From positions 2,438 to 66,437 of IMG/VR virus record IMGVR_UViG_3300015371_000029: a DNA stretch of 64,000 nucleotides, one strand, 5' to 3'. Both the position numbers and the translations under genes were made by a program. This DNA is from a virus. This document shows positions 48,628 through 58,806 of the stretch, piece after piece (position 1 is the stretch's first letter; the number at the start of each line of letters is the position of its first letter). The notes under the pieces are model-generated. The model did no database searches. It saw only the letters and a list, made by a program, of their open reading frames with translations, and was not told the DNA's origin.

Positions 48628-49239
48628 ATGGCATCAATCTTCGACCGCATATACCCGCAGTTCAAGAACTTCCAGACGACAGACCTGGCGACTTACATCC
48701 AGGCCCTCTGCGGCATGGTTCAGCCACTCTCCGATCTCGCTTCGACCGGAGACAACGAGCAAGATGGCTGGTCGGCGCTGCTCGACCTGACGCGCGTGCC
48801 GAACGACGCCCTGCCCTGGCTTGGGCAGCTCGTCGGCGTACACTTCCTGAACCCGGCGCTCTCAGTCGCGGATCAGAAGAATCAAATAGCAGCCAGGATC
48901 GGCTGGCAACGTGGCACCCTCGCTTCGATGCAGGCAGCTATCTCTCCGCTCCTCAGCGGATCGAAGTATGTCGCGATTCAGGAGCGTGATACCAGTCCGT
49001 ATCATTTCTTGATCACAACGTTCAACTCGGAGACTCCCAAAGATTCTGGCGGCGTGAATGCCTCGCCTGCCATCATCGCTGCCATCGAAAGCCAGAAGCC
49101 TGCCGGACTACGGTACACTTATACCATGACGACGGGCGGTGACTACGCCTTCGTCAGGGGAGCGTACGCGACCTACACCGTCGTCCGTTCAACTTACGCG
49201 ACGTACAACGGCTTGAAAAACAGGACAATAGGAGGGTAG
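48628..49239 (+). CDS. baseplate/tail protein (P2 gpI-like)
   Basis: LPWLGQLVGV...RGT...QKPAG. Confidence 0.75.
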   Translation: MASIFDRIYPQFKNFQTTDLATYIQALCGMVQPLSDLASTGDNEQDGWSALLDLTRVPNDALPWLGQLVGVHFLNPALSVADQKNQIAARIGWQRGTLASMQAAISPLLSGSKYVAIQERDTSPYHFLITTFNSETPKDSGGVNASPAIIAAIESQKPAGLRYTYTMTTGGDYAFVRGAYATYTVVRSTYATYNGLKNRTIGG

Positions 49240-49244
49240 GTGAG

Positions 49245-50498
49245 ATGCTAACCAGTTCGCGCTTCGCGGTTCAATATCCGCAGCTGACCGATTCTCCGGA
49301 TGTCCCGCGTGATCTAACATCAATCGTGACGCAGGGGATCGAACGTGCCATCTTGCACGGCGGCTCGGGAACGCTCGCTGCAAGGCCAACCAGCTCGCCT
49401 GGAACTCCCGGCATCGTCGGGCGGCTCTACGCAGCAACGGATCAAACGCCGCCTCGTCTCTTCTACGATCACGGCACCGGCTGGTTCGATGTCGGAGCGT
49501 TGATCGCACTCTCGGTCACGACAGGAATCATCGCAGACGGCGCAGTAACGGCCGCCAAGATGGCTACCGATACGATCACGGCGACGCAAATTGCTCCCGA
49601 TGCAGTCGGAACCAGCGAGATCGCTGCCGGCGCTGTTGGGAATGCGGAGCTAGCAGCAAGTTCTGTTGCGGCCGGAAACATGCAAACGAACTCGGTGCCT
49701 ACTGCCGCGATCCAAGCAAACGCGGTGAACTTCTCCAAGATCGCCTCGGACGTTCCTGTCGTCCCGGTTGGAGCGGTGATGGACTGGCCTTGGCATCACA
49801 ACCAGCTCCCGACCTGGGCCCTGCTGCCGTACGGGCAGTTGCTGACACAGGCTGCCTACCCGGCTATGCAGATTCTGGCCGATGCAGCGAGCCGTCCCTA
49901 TGGCGGCGTGGCCGGAACGAGCTTCAATATGCCGGATATGCGCGGTCGCTCCGCTGCCGGCAGGGACGACATGGGAGGAACTGTCGCGGGTCGCGTCACC
50001 GTCGCGATCTCTGGAATCAATGGAACGACTCTCGGATCCGCCGGTGGCACCGAAGGCGTTACGCTGTCAACGGCTCAGATCCCCGCTCACAATCACACCC
50101 AGACGGCGCATGGCCATACCGTCAATGCTCACTCGCATACGGTAAATGCTCACTCGCACACGGTGAACGCTCACTCTCATGGCATCTCGCAAAACCAGCA
50201 CTACCACGGAACGTCCCATACCTACTGGACGGGCGATCCGGGCGGCGAGCTTGGAGCAGTGGGTGCCGTTCAGCCTGGTGGCTCGACGGTTTACGGGTCG
50301 CAGGCAATCACCGGAGCACTCGCAGACGTTTCGGTCAACAATGCATCGCCGGGAACCGATGCTCAATCACCGGGAACCACTACGACAGCTCCGGGCACCG
50401 ACTCTCAAGCTCCCACGATTCAGAACACGGGCGGGGATGGTGCGCACCCCAACGTTCAGCCGACCATCGTTGTCAACAAGCTGATGAGAGTTCTCTAA
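49245..50498 (+). CDS. tail fibre with collar domain and HxH motifs
   Basis: VPVGAVMDW, FNMPDMRGR, IPAHNH, HPNVQPTIVVN; 21-nt tandem repeat encoding TVNAHSH. Confidence 0.8.
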   Translation: MLTSSRFAVQYPQLTDSPDVPRDLTSIVTQGIERAILHGGSGTLAARPTSSPGTPGIVGRLYAATDQTPPRLFYDHGTGWFDVGALIALSVTTGIIADGAVTAAKMATDTITATQIAPDAVGTSEIAAGAVGNAELAASSVAAGNMQTNSVPTAAIQANAVNFSKIASDVPVVPVGAVMDWPWHHNQLPTWALLPYGQLLTQAAYPAMQILADAASRPYGGVAGTSFNMPDMRGRSAAGRDDMGGTVAGRVTVAISGINGTTLGSAGGTEGVTLSTAQIPAHNHTQTAHGHTVNAHSHTVNAHSHTVNAHSHGISQNQHYHGTSHTYWTGDPGGELGAVGAVQPGGSTVYGSQAITGALADVSVNNASPGTDAQSPGTTTTAPGTDSQAPTIQNTGGDGAHPNVQPTIVVNKLMRVL

Positions 50499-50758
50499 TG
50501 CACCCGGTCGAAACACTTCGCAGGATCTGGACTCCTGAACGCGAAGTAGAAGAGATCTTCACCAATCTGTCGCCACAGACGGAACTTGATTCGTTGATCC
50601 GCGATCTTCTCCATAGAACCGTTCAGCAGAAAGGGCCGGTCACCCTCAATCTGGATGTCCTCAACGTCGGGACTCTGCGCTGGGAGATCGTACATCACGA
50701 ACCGATGCCGGGGGTGGTAGGCGGGAGAGAAATATCCATCTGGGTAGAGCAAGGCTAG
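50498..50758 (+). CDS. hypothetical protein
   Basis: TAATG coupling. Confidence 0.5.
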   Translation: MHPVETLRRIWTPEREVEEIFTNLSPQTELDSLIRDLLHRTVQQKGPVTLNLDVLNVGTLRWEIVHHEPMPGVVGGREISIWVEQG

Positions 50759-50770
50759 GAAGGGAGCAAA

Positions 50771-51562
50771 ATGTTCATCGAAGCAGCAAACTTCACGGCA
50801 GTTCGGAAGCGGTCAATAGACCTGATCGTGATCCACGACATGGAGTACCCCGAGAAGCTCACCGCCGCCGAGGATGTGGCGCGGTACTTCCACAACCAGA
50901 GCAAGGGGCCGAGCGGATCGAGCGCGCACTACTGTTGCGACAACAACTCCACGGTTCAGTGCGTCGCCGACCACGACGTTGCCTGGGCAGCTCCGGGGGC
51001 GAACCATGATGGCCTTCAGTTCGAACATGCCGGCTATGCGAGGCAGACGACCGCCCAGTGGCTCGATGACTACAGCGCCAGGATGCTGTTTCAGGTCTCG
51101 GCTCCGCTCGTCGCGACCAAGTGCCACGTCCACAAGATCCCACCGAAGTTCCTGCGCGCTCCGGCCCTGGTCGCGCAGAGGCGCGGCATCACGACGCACT
51201 GGGAGGTCACGAAGGCGTTCAGCAACGGAATCGGGCATACCGATCCCGGCTCAAACTTCCCCATCGAGCGGTACATGAACGCAGTCCTGAAGGCGTACGG
51301 AGTCAAGAAGCGCCCGCGCGACGTGAAGAAGGCGATGAACACCTTGCGCAAGGGGAACACCGGCTACCAGGTGAAGATCATGCAGCGCCTGCTGAACTAC
51401 GAGGAGAAGCGGGCCTGGGACGACATCAAGGTGGATAGCGTCTTCGGAACGGACACGGAGCGCGAGTTGCGCGAGTTTCAGAAGCGTGCCGGCCTGACGC
51501 CGGATGGGATCTGCGGCCGTTACACTTGGCAGGCGCTCTGGGCCGCCAGGGGAGCCAAGTGA
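50771..51562 (+). CDS. endolysin: N-acetylmuramoyl-L-alanine amidase plus PG-binding domain
   Basis: IVIHDME, SAHY, AWAAPGAN, HTDPG; FQKRAGLTPDGICG. Confidence 0.9.
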   Translation: MFIEAANFTAVRKRSIDLIVIHDMEYPEKLTAAEDVARYFHNQSKGPSGSSAHYCCDNNSTVQCVADHDVAWAAPGANHDGLQFEHAGYARQTTAQWLDDYSARMLFQVSAPLVATKCHVHKIPPKFLRAPALVAQRRGITTHWEVTKAFSNGIGHTDPGSNFPIERYMNAVLKAYGVKKRPRDVKKAMNTLRKGNTGYQVKIMQRLLNYEEKRAWDDIKVDSVFGTDTERELREFQKRAGLTPDGICGRYTWQALWAARGAK

Positions 51563-51750
51563 CCAGCCTCCCTGCACGCAGACCGGCCGAGACAACAGCC
51601 GCTGCTTCGGCCATCGCCCTGCTTATCGTCAAGGCGCTCGGGGTCGATGATCCAGATACCCTCGTGGCACTCGCCGTCGTGATCGGATTCATCCCGACCA
51701 TCGTGACCTGGATCGTTCAAATGCGTCGCCATGCTCGCAGCAGTCCTTAA
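51559..51750 (+). CDS. holin-like membrane protein
   Basis: Two TM segments directly after the lysin. Confidence 0.6.
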   Translation: MTSLPARRPAETTAAASAIALLIVKALGVDDPDTLVALAVVIGFIPTIVTWIVQMRRHARSSP

Positions 51751-51952
51751 TGACCCAACTCTTCTCGGAATCGCTGCCTGTATCTCCGCCATCGGCGGGG
51801 TTACTACAACGATCCTTGGGAGCAGGAGGGCTCGACGTGAAGAGCGTGACAAGAGCGAGGAGGAATGCCGCGAGCGTTTGAAGGCCGCTCGGAAGGAAGC
51901 AGAAGAGGCAGCATTCGAGTTGCACAGGAGGAAGATGGAGTATGGCAACTAA
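51731..51952 (+). CDS. membrane protein with coiled coil
   Basis: TM plus charged tail. Confidence 0.55.
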   Translation: MLAAVLNDPTLLGIAACISAIGGVTTTILGSRRARREERDKSEEECRERLKAARKEAEEAAFELHRRKMEYGN

Positions 51953-52310
51953 AATCGTGATTGTACTCGGATCACTTTTGCTTGTGGCATCAGGCGCGCT
52001 CGCCGCCGCTGCTCTAACGGCGACGAGTCAAAACGAACCAACGAAAACCGTCACGATAGATGTCGGGACGGGTCCGGCAGGGCCGCCAGGCCCGAAGGGA
52101 GATCAAGGAGACCCTGGGCCGAAGGGCGACACAGGCCCGCAAGGGCCAGCAGGCCCACCCGGAGCGAAGGGCGATACAGGGCCAGCGGGTCCAGCTGGGC
52201 CGGCAGGCCCGCCAGGAGGCCTGGTTTGCCCAACCGGATTCTCGGCTGGAGACCTCGTGATCAACCATCCCGGCGGCCAGGTAACACTCTTCACCTGCTT
52301 GAAGAACTAG
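51942..52310 (+). CDS. membrane-anchored collagen-like protein
   Basis: Signal/TM segment then ~16 Gly-X-Y triplets. Confidence 0.75.
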   Translation: MATKIVIVLGSLLLVASGALAAAALTATSQNEPTKTVTIDVGTGPAGPPGPKGDQGDPGPKGDTGPQGPAGPPGAKGDTGPAGPAGPAGPPGGLVCPTGFSAGDLVINHPGGQVTLFTCLKN

Positions 52311-52610
52311 GTGTCTTACATCTTGACCCTGGTGGCCACGCTGCTTGTTGGCATCCATGTCTCGGTCTACTGCTACGCACCGCTCGGGTACGACTGGAAG
52401 ACGTCAGATGCGTATACAATCCTCTACCCTCATGGGCCGAAGATCTACCTTCAGCATTGTCGAAGAGTTGTTGCTAAGGATCCCTACTGGGTGGTGGTTT
52501 TTGGCCATGAGATCTTGCATGCGAAGCACCCGTCCTGGTCGGAAAGGCGCGTGCTCCGGAATCAGCAGAGATACAGCCGCATCGTGCTAAGGGCGCTAAA
52601 CTCACTATGA
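52311..52610 (+). CDS. small exported protein with HExxH motif
   Basis: N-terminal hydrophobic segment; FGHEILHAKH. Confidence 0.5.
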   Translation: MSYILTLVATLLVGIHVSVYCYAPLGYDWKTSDAYTILYPHGPKIYLQHCRRVVAKDPYWVVVFGHEILHAKHPSWSERRVLRNQQRYSRIVLRALNSL

Positions 52611-52888
52611 GTACGCTGTTTGGGGCAGTCGCTCAGGGCATCGTCGGCGTCGGTGCACTACTGCTAGGCATAGCCGCCTGGATCTATTGGTCAGTCGTAA
52701 CGCCTCCGACCGTCGCAGCGGTCTTCCACATCTCAATGTTCTTCGGCTGTGTGGCCTGCTACGCGATCATCGCGACCGCTCTCGGCTACCGGGCGACTGA
52801 GCGTGTTGAAGAGAAGGTCGAGAACGTAGACATCGTACAGCATGCTGATGAGGTCGAGCATGCCGATGAGGTGAAGCGAGAGGGCTAG
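52607..52888 (+). CDS. membrane protein
   Basis: Two TM segments. Confidence 0.55.
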   Translation: MSTLFGAVAQGIVGVGALLLGIAAWIYWSVVTPPTVAAVFHISMFFGCVACYAIIATALGYRATERVEEKVENVDIVQHADEVEHADEVKREG

Positions 52889-53347
52889 TCAATCCCGAAG
52901 TGCATAATCGAGCTGCCGCAACTCGTTGTTGATCCTAACGAGTGCGCTCTTGCCCCAATCTTCCTTGTGCACCTTCAGCGCCCAGGCCGCGATGTAGGCC
53001 CGCCTCTTCTCCAGGTAGATCTTGTTCAAGTTGCGCCAGGTCTCCCAGTCGAGCGTTGCGGCCTCTTCCCGCGTCAGGTCTTGCTTGGGCAGCCTCTTGT
53101 CCGTTCCGCCCCAGGCCTTCAATGCCTGGAGGAGAACGTGGGCGATCCGGCGCGCACGCAACTTGTCGAGCGCCAGTTCCTCGTTCGTTGCGTCGCTGCC
53201 TAGTCGCCTCGGCCAGCTGCCAATATGGATCGCGAGAGCGAGCGCCCACCTCAGGCGGTCTCGCTCAATCTTCTCGATGTTCCGAATCGTCTCTTTCTCG
53301 GGAAGGATCGTTGCCGAGTCTGTGTACTCCAGTAGGTAGTGGCTCAC
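52889..53347 (-). CDS. hypothetical protein
   Basis: AGGAGG RBS; GTG start. Confidence 0.6.
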   Translation of the reverse strand: MSHYLLEYTDSATILPEKETIRNIEKIERDRLRWALALAIHIGSWPRRLGSDATNEELALDKLRARRIAHVLLQALKAWGGTDKRLPKQDLTREEAATLDWETWRNLNKIYLEKRRAYIAAWALKVHKEDWGKSALVRINNELRQLDYALRD

Positions 53348-53508
53348 CCTCGCCTCCTTAGCTCCTTAGCCCAGGCCTTGCTCGGAAAGACTGCGAGACA
53401 ACACGCCTCGTGGCCAGACAACTCGCTGCAAGCCGAAACCGGCCCGCGAGCCGCCTAACGGTTGTTCCGGTGCTCTCCGGCCATGCAGTGGCCTTGATAT
53501 AGAATTCA

Positions 53509-53928
53509 CTATTCAGAGCACCCACGCTCGCTCATGTATTCGTGCCAGCGTTCGGGACTCCAATTAGGGTTGGGTATTACGTGCAATTCAGTGAACTTGT
53601 CAGTTCGCTCAATTGCCTGTAACACCAAATCTGCCTGTGAGACGGGCACGCATGTGTACTCGCCGTTGATAAGACCGCTTACGCGACGGACATTGATCCT
53701 AGTCTTCGCCGCCAGCCAACTATGCGGGCCTTCGAAGTCTCCGCCAACTATGAGCGGCCTGTCCGCTAGCCAACTCACTACCCACTCGCGTAGGATAATT
53801 GACAGCTCGTACCCCGGTACAACCTCTGCCTCGCCTGCTCCGTTGTACTTTTGCTGCGGGATCGAGCGGGTCTGTTCCATTCGTTCGCGGTGTAGCTTGA
53901 CAGTATGCGCTTTGTATGATTTGTTCAT
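53509..53928 (-). CDS. hypothetical protein, possible HTH
   Basis: WLAAKTRINVRRVSGLING. Confidence 0.55.
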   Translation of the reverse strand: MNKSYKAHTVKLHRERMEQTRSIPQQKYNGAGEAEVVPGYELSIILREWVVSWLADRPLIVGGDFEGPHSWLAAKTRINVRRVSGLINGEYTCVPVSQADLVLQAIERTDKFTELHVIPNPNWSPERWHEYMSERGCSE

Positions 53929-53972
53929 GGAAAGGAGGGCGGCTCAGGAACCTCCGTAAGCTGAGCCGCCCA
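53929..53972 (-). terminator. stem-loop after the HU gene
   Basis: GGGCGGCTCAG...CTGAGCCGCCC then TCCTTTCC. Confidence 0.45.
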
Positions 53973-53983
53973 CGTCGATCCTC

Positions 53984-54331
53984 CTACATCATCGTCTGGA
54001 GTTTCTTCACCGCCGGCAACTTCGCGTCCTTCAGCGGCTTGACGATCTTCGCACGGATGACTGCGCTTGCCGGCTTGGCCGGAATCGGGATCTCCTCGCC
54101 GGTCTGCGGATTGCGACCCATCCGCTTCTTCTGGGCAGCCCGGACAGCAGGGCCGATAACGACGCCAGCCACCTTGACCCGGTAGCCCTCGGCGACGGTC
54201 TTCACGACGTACTCATCGAGCGCGTCGAGCATTTCCTTGACGTCGTTCTTGCTCCAGCCGCTGTCGCTGTTTCCCAGCTGCTCGACCAGTTCCTCGATCA
54301 TCTCCGACTTCGTTACGAGTGGCAGTGCCAT
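53984..54331 (-). CDS. HU/IHF family DNA-binding protein
   Basis: TKSEMIEEL; RMGRNPQTGEEIPIPAK. Confidence 0.88.
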   Translation of the reverse strand: MALPLVTKSEMIEELVEQLGNSDSGWSKNDVKEMLDALDEYVVKTVAEGYRVKVAGVVIGPAVRAAQKKRMGRNPQTGEEIPIPAKPASAVIRAKIVKPLKDAKLPAVKKLQTMM

Positions 54332-54434
54332 TTTGCTCCCTTCAAGTAGTTTTGGTGCGGAAGGGCCAGGGGGAAAGGGTGACCTGGCTTTTTCGAGCTG
54401 CATACTCTATCCGCACCAATCTAGTCATCTCTTC

Positions 54435-55025
54435 CTACAGAAGCCCGCAGGCCCGTGCCGTGTTAGGCCATGGAGTGAAGCCGCGTGATCTCCAGGCCCG
54501 TTCCGCCGCCCACATTTGTTCAAGCGGCGTCCAGTGATCGGCAGTCCCTTTGGAGCTGAGTAGGCCGTTCCCGTAGCTCGCCTGGAACGAGATGTCCATT
54601 TGCAAGCCTCCCCAATACGGTGATCCGGAATCGTTCCACGCACCTTCACGGCTGTGGATACAAAGCCAGGAGGAGTAGTGGGGTGGGAGCGGCGGGTGCA
54701 GCGAATCCCATCGAGCCTGATACCTCGCCAAGAGGCTTCGGTACCAACGGAGAGCCGCCTGGTGAAATCGCAGGCCTCGTCTGATGGCTTCTCTGACATC
54801 GCTGTACGCAGCCGGGGCGCGAAGACTCTGGCGCAGGTCATGTTGTGCGTTCCTGTACCAGATGACTGCGTGCTGGCTGTGAGTGATGCTCCGTTTGAAG
54901 TATGCAATTCGCTGTTCAAGACTGAGGTTCCTCTTGTGGTAGAGGAAGTGTGCTTGGGCTGGTTGTCCCGCGATCCCTCCCAGGATCGCTAGGAGGATCA
55001 CGGTTAGCGACAGCTTACGCCACAT
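54435..55025 (-). CDS. secreted Rpf-like lytic transglycosylase
   Basis: Signal peptide; WLCIHSREGAW...YWGGLQM...TPLEQMWAAERAW...PWP. Confidence 0.75.
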   Translation of the reverse strand: MWRKLSLTVILLAILGGIAGQPAQAHFLYHKRNLSLEQRIAYFKRSITHSQHAVIWYRNAQHDLRQSLRAPAAYSDVREAIRRGLRFHQAALRWYRSLLARYQARWDSLHPPLPPHYSSWLCIHSREGAWNDSGSPYWGGLQMDISFQASYGNGLLSSKGTADHWTPLEQMWAAERAWRSRGFTPWPNTARACGLL

Positions 55026-55067
55026 GCGAAGGGTTCTCCTTGTTTTGCTTACTGGACAGCGGGTGCA

Positions 55068-55508
55068 CTACGCTCCGCCACGAGTTGCACGTGGTCCCGC
55101 TGGAGCCGAGTTTTTGATCACTATCACCCCCTCTTTTTGTTCCTTACTCATGTGCTTGCATATCTTGCAATTACGTTTTCCACTTAGGAAAATGTACACA
55201 TTTTCAGGAACGGTTAGATCGTGTCCTCGTTGACACACCTTCTTTTTGGTGAGCGCCATGGCTCGTTTGACATTCTCTCGGTGTGTCACGGGTTCGGCAT
55301 GGTAAGGATTTACACACCATTTGTTTCGGCACAGATGATCCAGTTCTAGGCCGTCAGGAATTGGGCCGACGAGTAGCTCGTAAGCTACACGAATAGCAGG
55401 TACAGCTTTGTGTCCGGGCAAGTAGAATCGAGCATAGCCTGTGCTGTGACAGGCCGTCCAGCGCCAGCAGCCCCGAGTCTCTCTCACCTTTGACCAAAAC
55501 CTATCCAT
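55068..55508 (-). CDS. HNH endonuclease
   Basis: RFWSKV..CWRW; LDHLCRNKWCVNPYHAEPVTHREN. Confidence 0.85.
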   Translation of the reverse strand: MDRFWSKVRETRGCWRWTACHSTGYARFYLPGHKAVPAIRVAYELLVGPIPDGLELDHLCRNKWCVNPYHAEPVTHRENVKRAMALTKKKVCQRGHDLTVPENVYIFLSGKRNCKICKHMSKEQKEGVIVIKNSAPAGPRATRGGA

Positions 55509-58500
55509 CTGGATCTATGACCCACATCTGGGAGATGTTTATTTGTCTCGTGGCCCAACCGGGCTTTACGCCCTTGACTAGCAAGAGGTCATGTCCCAGC
55601 TCTAGCTCCCAGAGCCATTGCTTCATCTTGGGGTAGTGCCAGCGATCACAGCGGACGATTAACTGGTCATCCTCGTCGTCACAGACCATCACCAACCACT
55701 CACGAAGGTGGGGATCGCGTACCTTCTCGGGATCGAGAGGCACGCCTGTCCTGGCTAGGTTGATCTCGAACAAATCGCGGACGTTGCGGGTGTTCACGAC
55801 GCCGAGCCAGACGAGCGGGATGTCTTCGCTGCGGAAGTATGGCAGGCTTGCTGAGGTATGCGTCGGTACCGGCAGGTCGCCTAGAGCGCCTAGCTTGATC
55901 TTCCGCTTCACATCCGTCAGTGCCCGGTCGAGCCAGAGCGCGTTGAACGGATCCTCTCTGTCCGCGAACTTTTTGATGTCGGCCAACTTCTTCGGTCCGA
56001 CGCCCTTCACGTTGATCAGGCTGTCCCAGGTTATGTTGGCTCCGCGACGAGGCTGAACCTCGCGCCAGTCCACGATGCCCCTGGCGAGCGAAGGGCCAAT
56101 GCCCTTGATCTGCTTCAGGCCTGAGTAGACGCGGCCACGCTTCCGGCTCCAATCCTCAATGCTGTTACGAGGATTCGGCGGGCGTACTTCGATGTTGTGC
56201 CGATCAGCGTCCCGAACGAGCAGCGAGATGCGATCGTCGCGACCGTTCCGGATCCGTAGCTGCTCTGTGTAGAAGAGATCCGGGACGTGCTGTTTGAACC
56301 ACATCGAGTACCAACCGATCTTCGTGTACGCGACCGAGTGCGCCCAGTTGAAGGCGTAGGATCCGGCGGTGATACACTGGCCCCAGATCTCCTTGATCAG
56401 ATCTTCGGACATGTCGGGATGAAGGTATCTCGCCCCATCGTAGAACTGCTGCCAGCGACGGTTGAACTCTTGCTCGCCGATCTTCCGCGAGATGATCTTT
56501 CTAACCTCGGCCCTATGCGTCCAGTCGAAGTTGCCGATCTCGCCCAGGATGCGTAGGATCTGCTCCTGGTAGACAATTTGGTAATGCGTGGAACCGCAGA
56601 TCTTGTCGAGGGCCGGGTGCCGCTCGCGCGGTTGCTTTATCCCTTCCTTGATGTCGATGTACTCGCCAACCGACCCGTTATGCAAGGGTCCGGGACGGGC
56701 TAGTGCGTTCACATCGACGCATTCGCGGAAGGAATCTGGTTTCAAAGCGCCGCAAACGTAGCGCATCGCACGGCCCTCGAATTGAAAGATTCCGATTACG
56801 TCGTTGTTGTGGAATCCGTCTATGGTCTTTTTGTCTGTTTGGTCGATGTTGTACAGGTCGTCTAGCGACCACCCCATCTCCTTGCGGCAGCGGTTCAGCA
56901 TCGTCATGTTGGAGAGACCGAGGAAGTCCAGCTTCAGCAGCCCCTTGCTCTCAGCGTCGTACTTATCCATCGAAACGACCTGAATACGCTCTCCGTCCAT
57001 CTCGCGCTCGTAGACTGCCGCCACATCGGTGATCGGGCCGGTGGAGACGACCAGGCCGGCAGCGTGTACGCCGAAGCCCCGGTAGTTGCCTTCCAGATCC
57101 ATCGCGATCCCTAGCTCGGGGTGCTCTTCAAAGATCTTCTTAGCTGCGTCGAACTGAAGCACCGTGTCTTCAATGGTCGCAGAAGCACGCAGGTCTCCGG
57201 ACGACCGCTCGATCAGGACATCCTTCACCTTCTCAACCTTCCACTTCGGGATCCGGTAGACGCGAGCTACGTCATCGAGGCTGTTCTTGGCCTTGTAGCC
57301 GGTGAAGGTTCCGATGTTGTTGACGCACTCCTCGCCGTACTTACCCGCAAGGTAGCCACGAACTTCGGCGCGATGCTCGCTGTCGAAGTCCAGATCAATG
57401 TCCGGCAGATCCTGACGGGTCAGGTCGATGAATCGCTCGAAGACGAGATCGGGATAGTCCATCGGGTTGACCTCGGTGATTCGTAGCAGCCAACAAACGA
57501 GCGAAGCGGCTGCCGAACCACGGGCGGGGCCGACGGCAATTCCCTCATTCTTCGCCCAGCGGATCGCATCGCTGACGACCAGGAAGTAGTCGAGGAAGTC
57601 TTTGCTTTCGATGATCGACATCTCGTGCTTGAGACGTTCGCGGTACCGGCGCTGGAGCCTGGGGGAGAGGCTACTACAGCGCCGGTATCGCCATCCCTCT
57701 TCGATCCAGTCTCGCCAGCACTGAAGCCGACCATTCTCCATGTTCAGGTACTTCGGCTCCAGCGGATAGCGCACCATCGGGAGAGAGGGAAGATCCACTT
57801 GGCAACGCTCGTAGATCTCCTCCGAGTTGAGGATTGCCTGAAGTGCTGTTTCGCGAGAAAGGCCGGTCGCCACGAGCCTGCGCAGGAGCGCAGAGTCGTT
57901 CATCGGAGGACACAAATTCTCCTTGTATCCCCAAGACCGTGCTTGCTCCTCTAGCGTAAGGTTTCCTGATCGAACAGTATGGAGGATCTTCTGGATCTCT
58001 TTTTCGGTCGGGATTGTGTAGTGGCAATCAAGCGTAGCCACGACGGGAATGCCAAGATTACGTCCAAGTCTCTCGATGAGAGGATTGGCGCGCCGAGTCT
58101 CAGAGAGGTTCGGGAAGGCTTGGACTTCGAGGTAGTAAGCATCTCCGAAGGCTTCTTTGAACTGTCTTGCGACGGTTCGGCCTCTGCGGTAGCTCGCTTG
58201 TTCCGGCGGGACAAGCTTGCCTCCAACCAGGCTCGTGAAGAGGAGTGATCCCTGACAGCCTGAGAGGATGATATTACCTTCCCTGTGTTCATTGAGCATC
58301 TCCCAATCTGCTGTGGGGTGGTAGTGGAATCCTTTGCTATATGTTTTGCTAACAAGTTGTAGGAGATTTCGATAGCCCTCTTGCGTCGAGGAAAGAACGG
58401 TGAGGTGGTTCTTGCGCTGCTTAGCTTCATCCCCGATCTCGCCGCAGTACAACTCGACGCCGAAGATTGGCCGGACGCCCTGCTTGAGGGCAGCCTTCTC

Positions 58501-58806
58501 TAGCTGGACGTGGCTAGAGATGTTTCCATGCTCCGTCATCGCCAGTCCGCGCATTCCGATCTCGGTCGCTCGCCTGACGTGAGCCTCGGGTAGCTGGTAG
58601 GCGTCGAGATAGGAGAAGGTCGAGTGGTGGTGCAGGCTGACGAACGTCATCTCCCGCGACCTGCGAGGCAATCGGCGGGTCTTCTGAGATATGCGAATCC
58701 ACTTCGGCTGATCGTCGTGGTCGCACTCGTCCGAAGAGATGTGCTGCCGGAAGCTAGTTGCTTCGAATTGCTCTTCTTTGCCGATTGTCTTTCTAGGTGG
58801 CGCCAT
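55501..58806 (-). CDS. dnaE: DNA polymerase III alpha subunit (start 58806 or 58650)
   Basis: PHP motif SLHHHSTFS..TEHG; GPARGSAAAS; PDIDLDFD; HAAG; KLDFLGL; YAFNWAHS. Confidence 0.93.
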   Translation of the reverse strand: MAPPRKTIGKEEQFEATSFRQHISSDECDHDDQPKWIRISQKTRRLPRRSREMTFVSLHHHSTFSYLDAYQLPEAHVRRATEIGMRGLAMTEHGNISSHVQLEKAALKQGVRPIFGVELYCGEIGDEAKQRKNHLTVLSSTQEGYRNLLQLVSKTYSKGFHYHPTADWEMLNEHREGNIILSGCQGSLLFTSLVGGKLVPPEQASYRRGRTVARQFKEAFGDAYYLEVQAFPNLSETRRANPLIERLGRNLGIPVVATLDCHYTIPTEKEIQKILHTVRSGNLTLEEQARSWGYKENLCPPMNDSALLRRLVATGLSRETALQAILNSEEIYERCQVDLPSLPMVRYPLEPKYLNMENGRLQCWRDWIEEGWRYRRCSSLSPRLQRRYRERLKHEMSIIESKDFLDYFLVVSDAIRWAKNEGIAVGPARGSAAASLVCWLLRITEVNPMDYPDLVFERFIDLTRQDLPDIDLDFDSEHRAEVRGYLAGKYGEECVNNIGTFTGYKAKNSLDDVARVYRIPKWKVEKVKDVLIERSSGDLRASATIEDTVLQFDAAKKIFEEHPELGIAMDLEGNYRGFGVHAAGLVVSTGPITDVAAVYEREMDGERIQVVSMDKYDAESKGLLKLDFLGLSNMTMLNRCRKEMGWSLDDLYNIDQTDKKTIDGFHNNDVIGIFQFEGRAMRYVCGALKPDSFRECVDVNALARPGPLHNGSVGEYIDIKEGIKQPRERHPALDKICGSTHYQIVYQEQILRILGEIGNFDWTHRAEVRKIISRKIGEQEFNRRWQQFYDGARYLHPDMSEDLIKEIWGQCITAGSYAFNWAHSVAYTKIGWYSMWFKQHVPDLFYTEQLRIRNGRDDRISLLVRDADRHNIEVRPPNPRNSIEDWSRKRGRVYSGLKQIKGIGPSLARGIVDWREVQPRRGANITWDSLINVKGVGPKKLADIKKFADREDPFNALWLDRALTDVKRKIKLGALGDLPVPTHTSASLPYFRSEDIPLVWLGVVNTRNVRDLFEINLARTGVPLDPEKVRDPHLREWLVMVCDDEDDQLIVRCDRWHYPKMKQWLWELELGHDLLLVKGVKPGWATRQINISQMWVIDPDG

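Noticed and set aside
55501-58806. Intein or intron in dnaE
   Set aside because: Length and motif order are continuous; no splice-junction motifs seen
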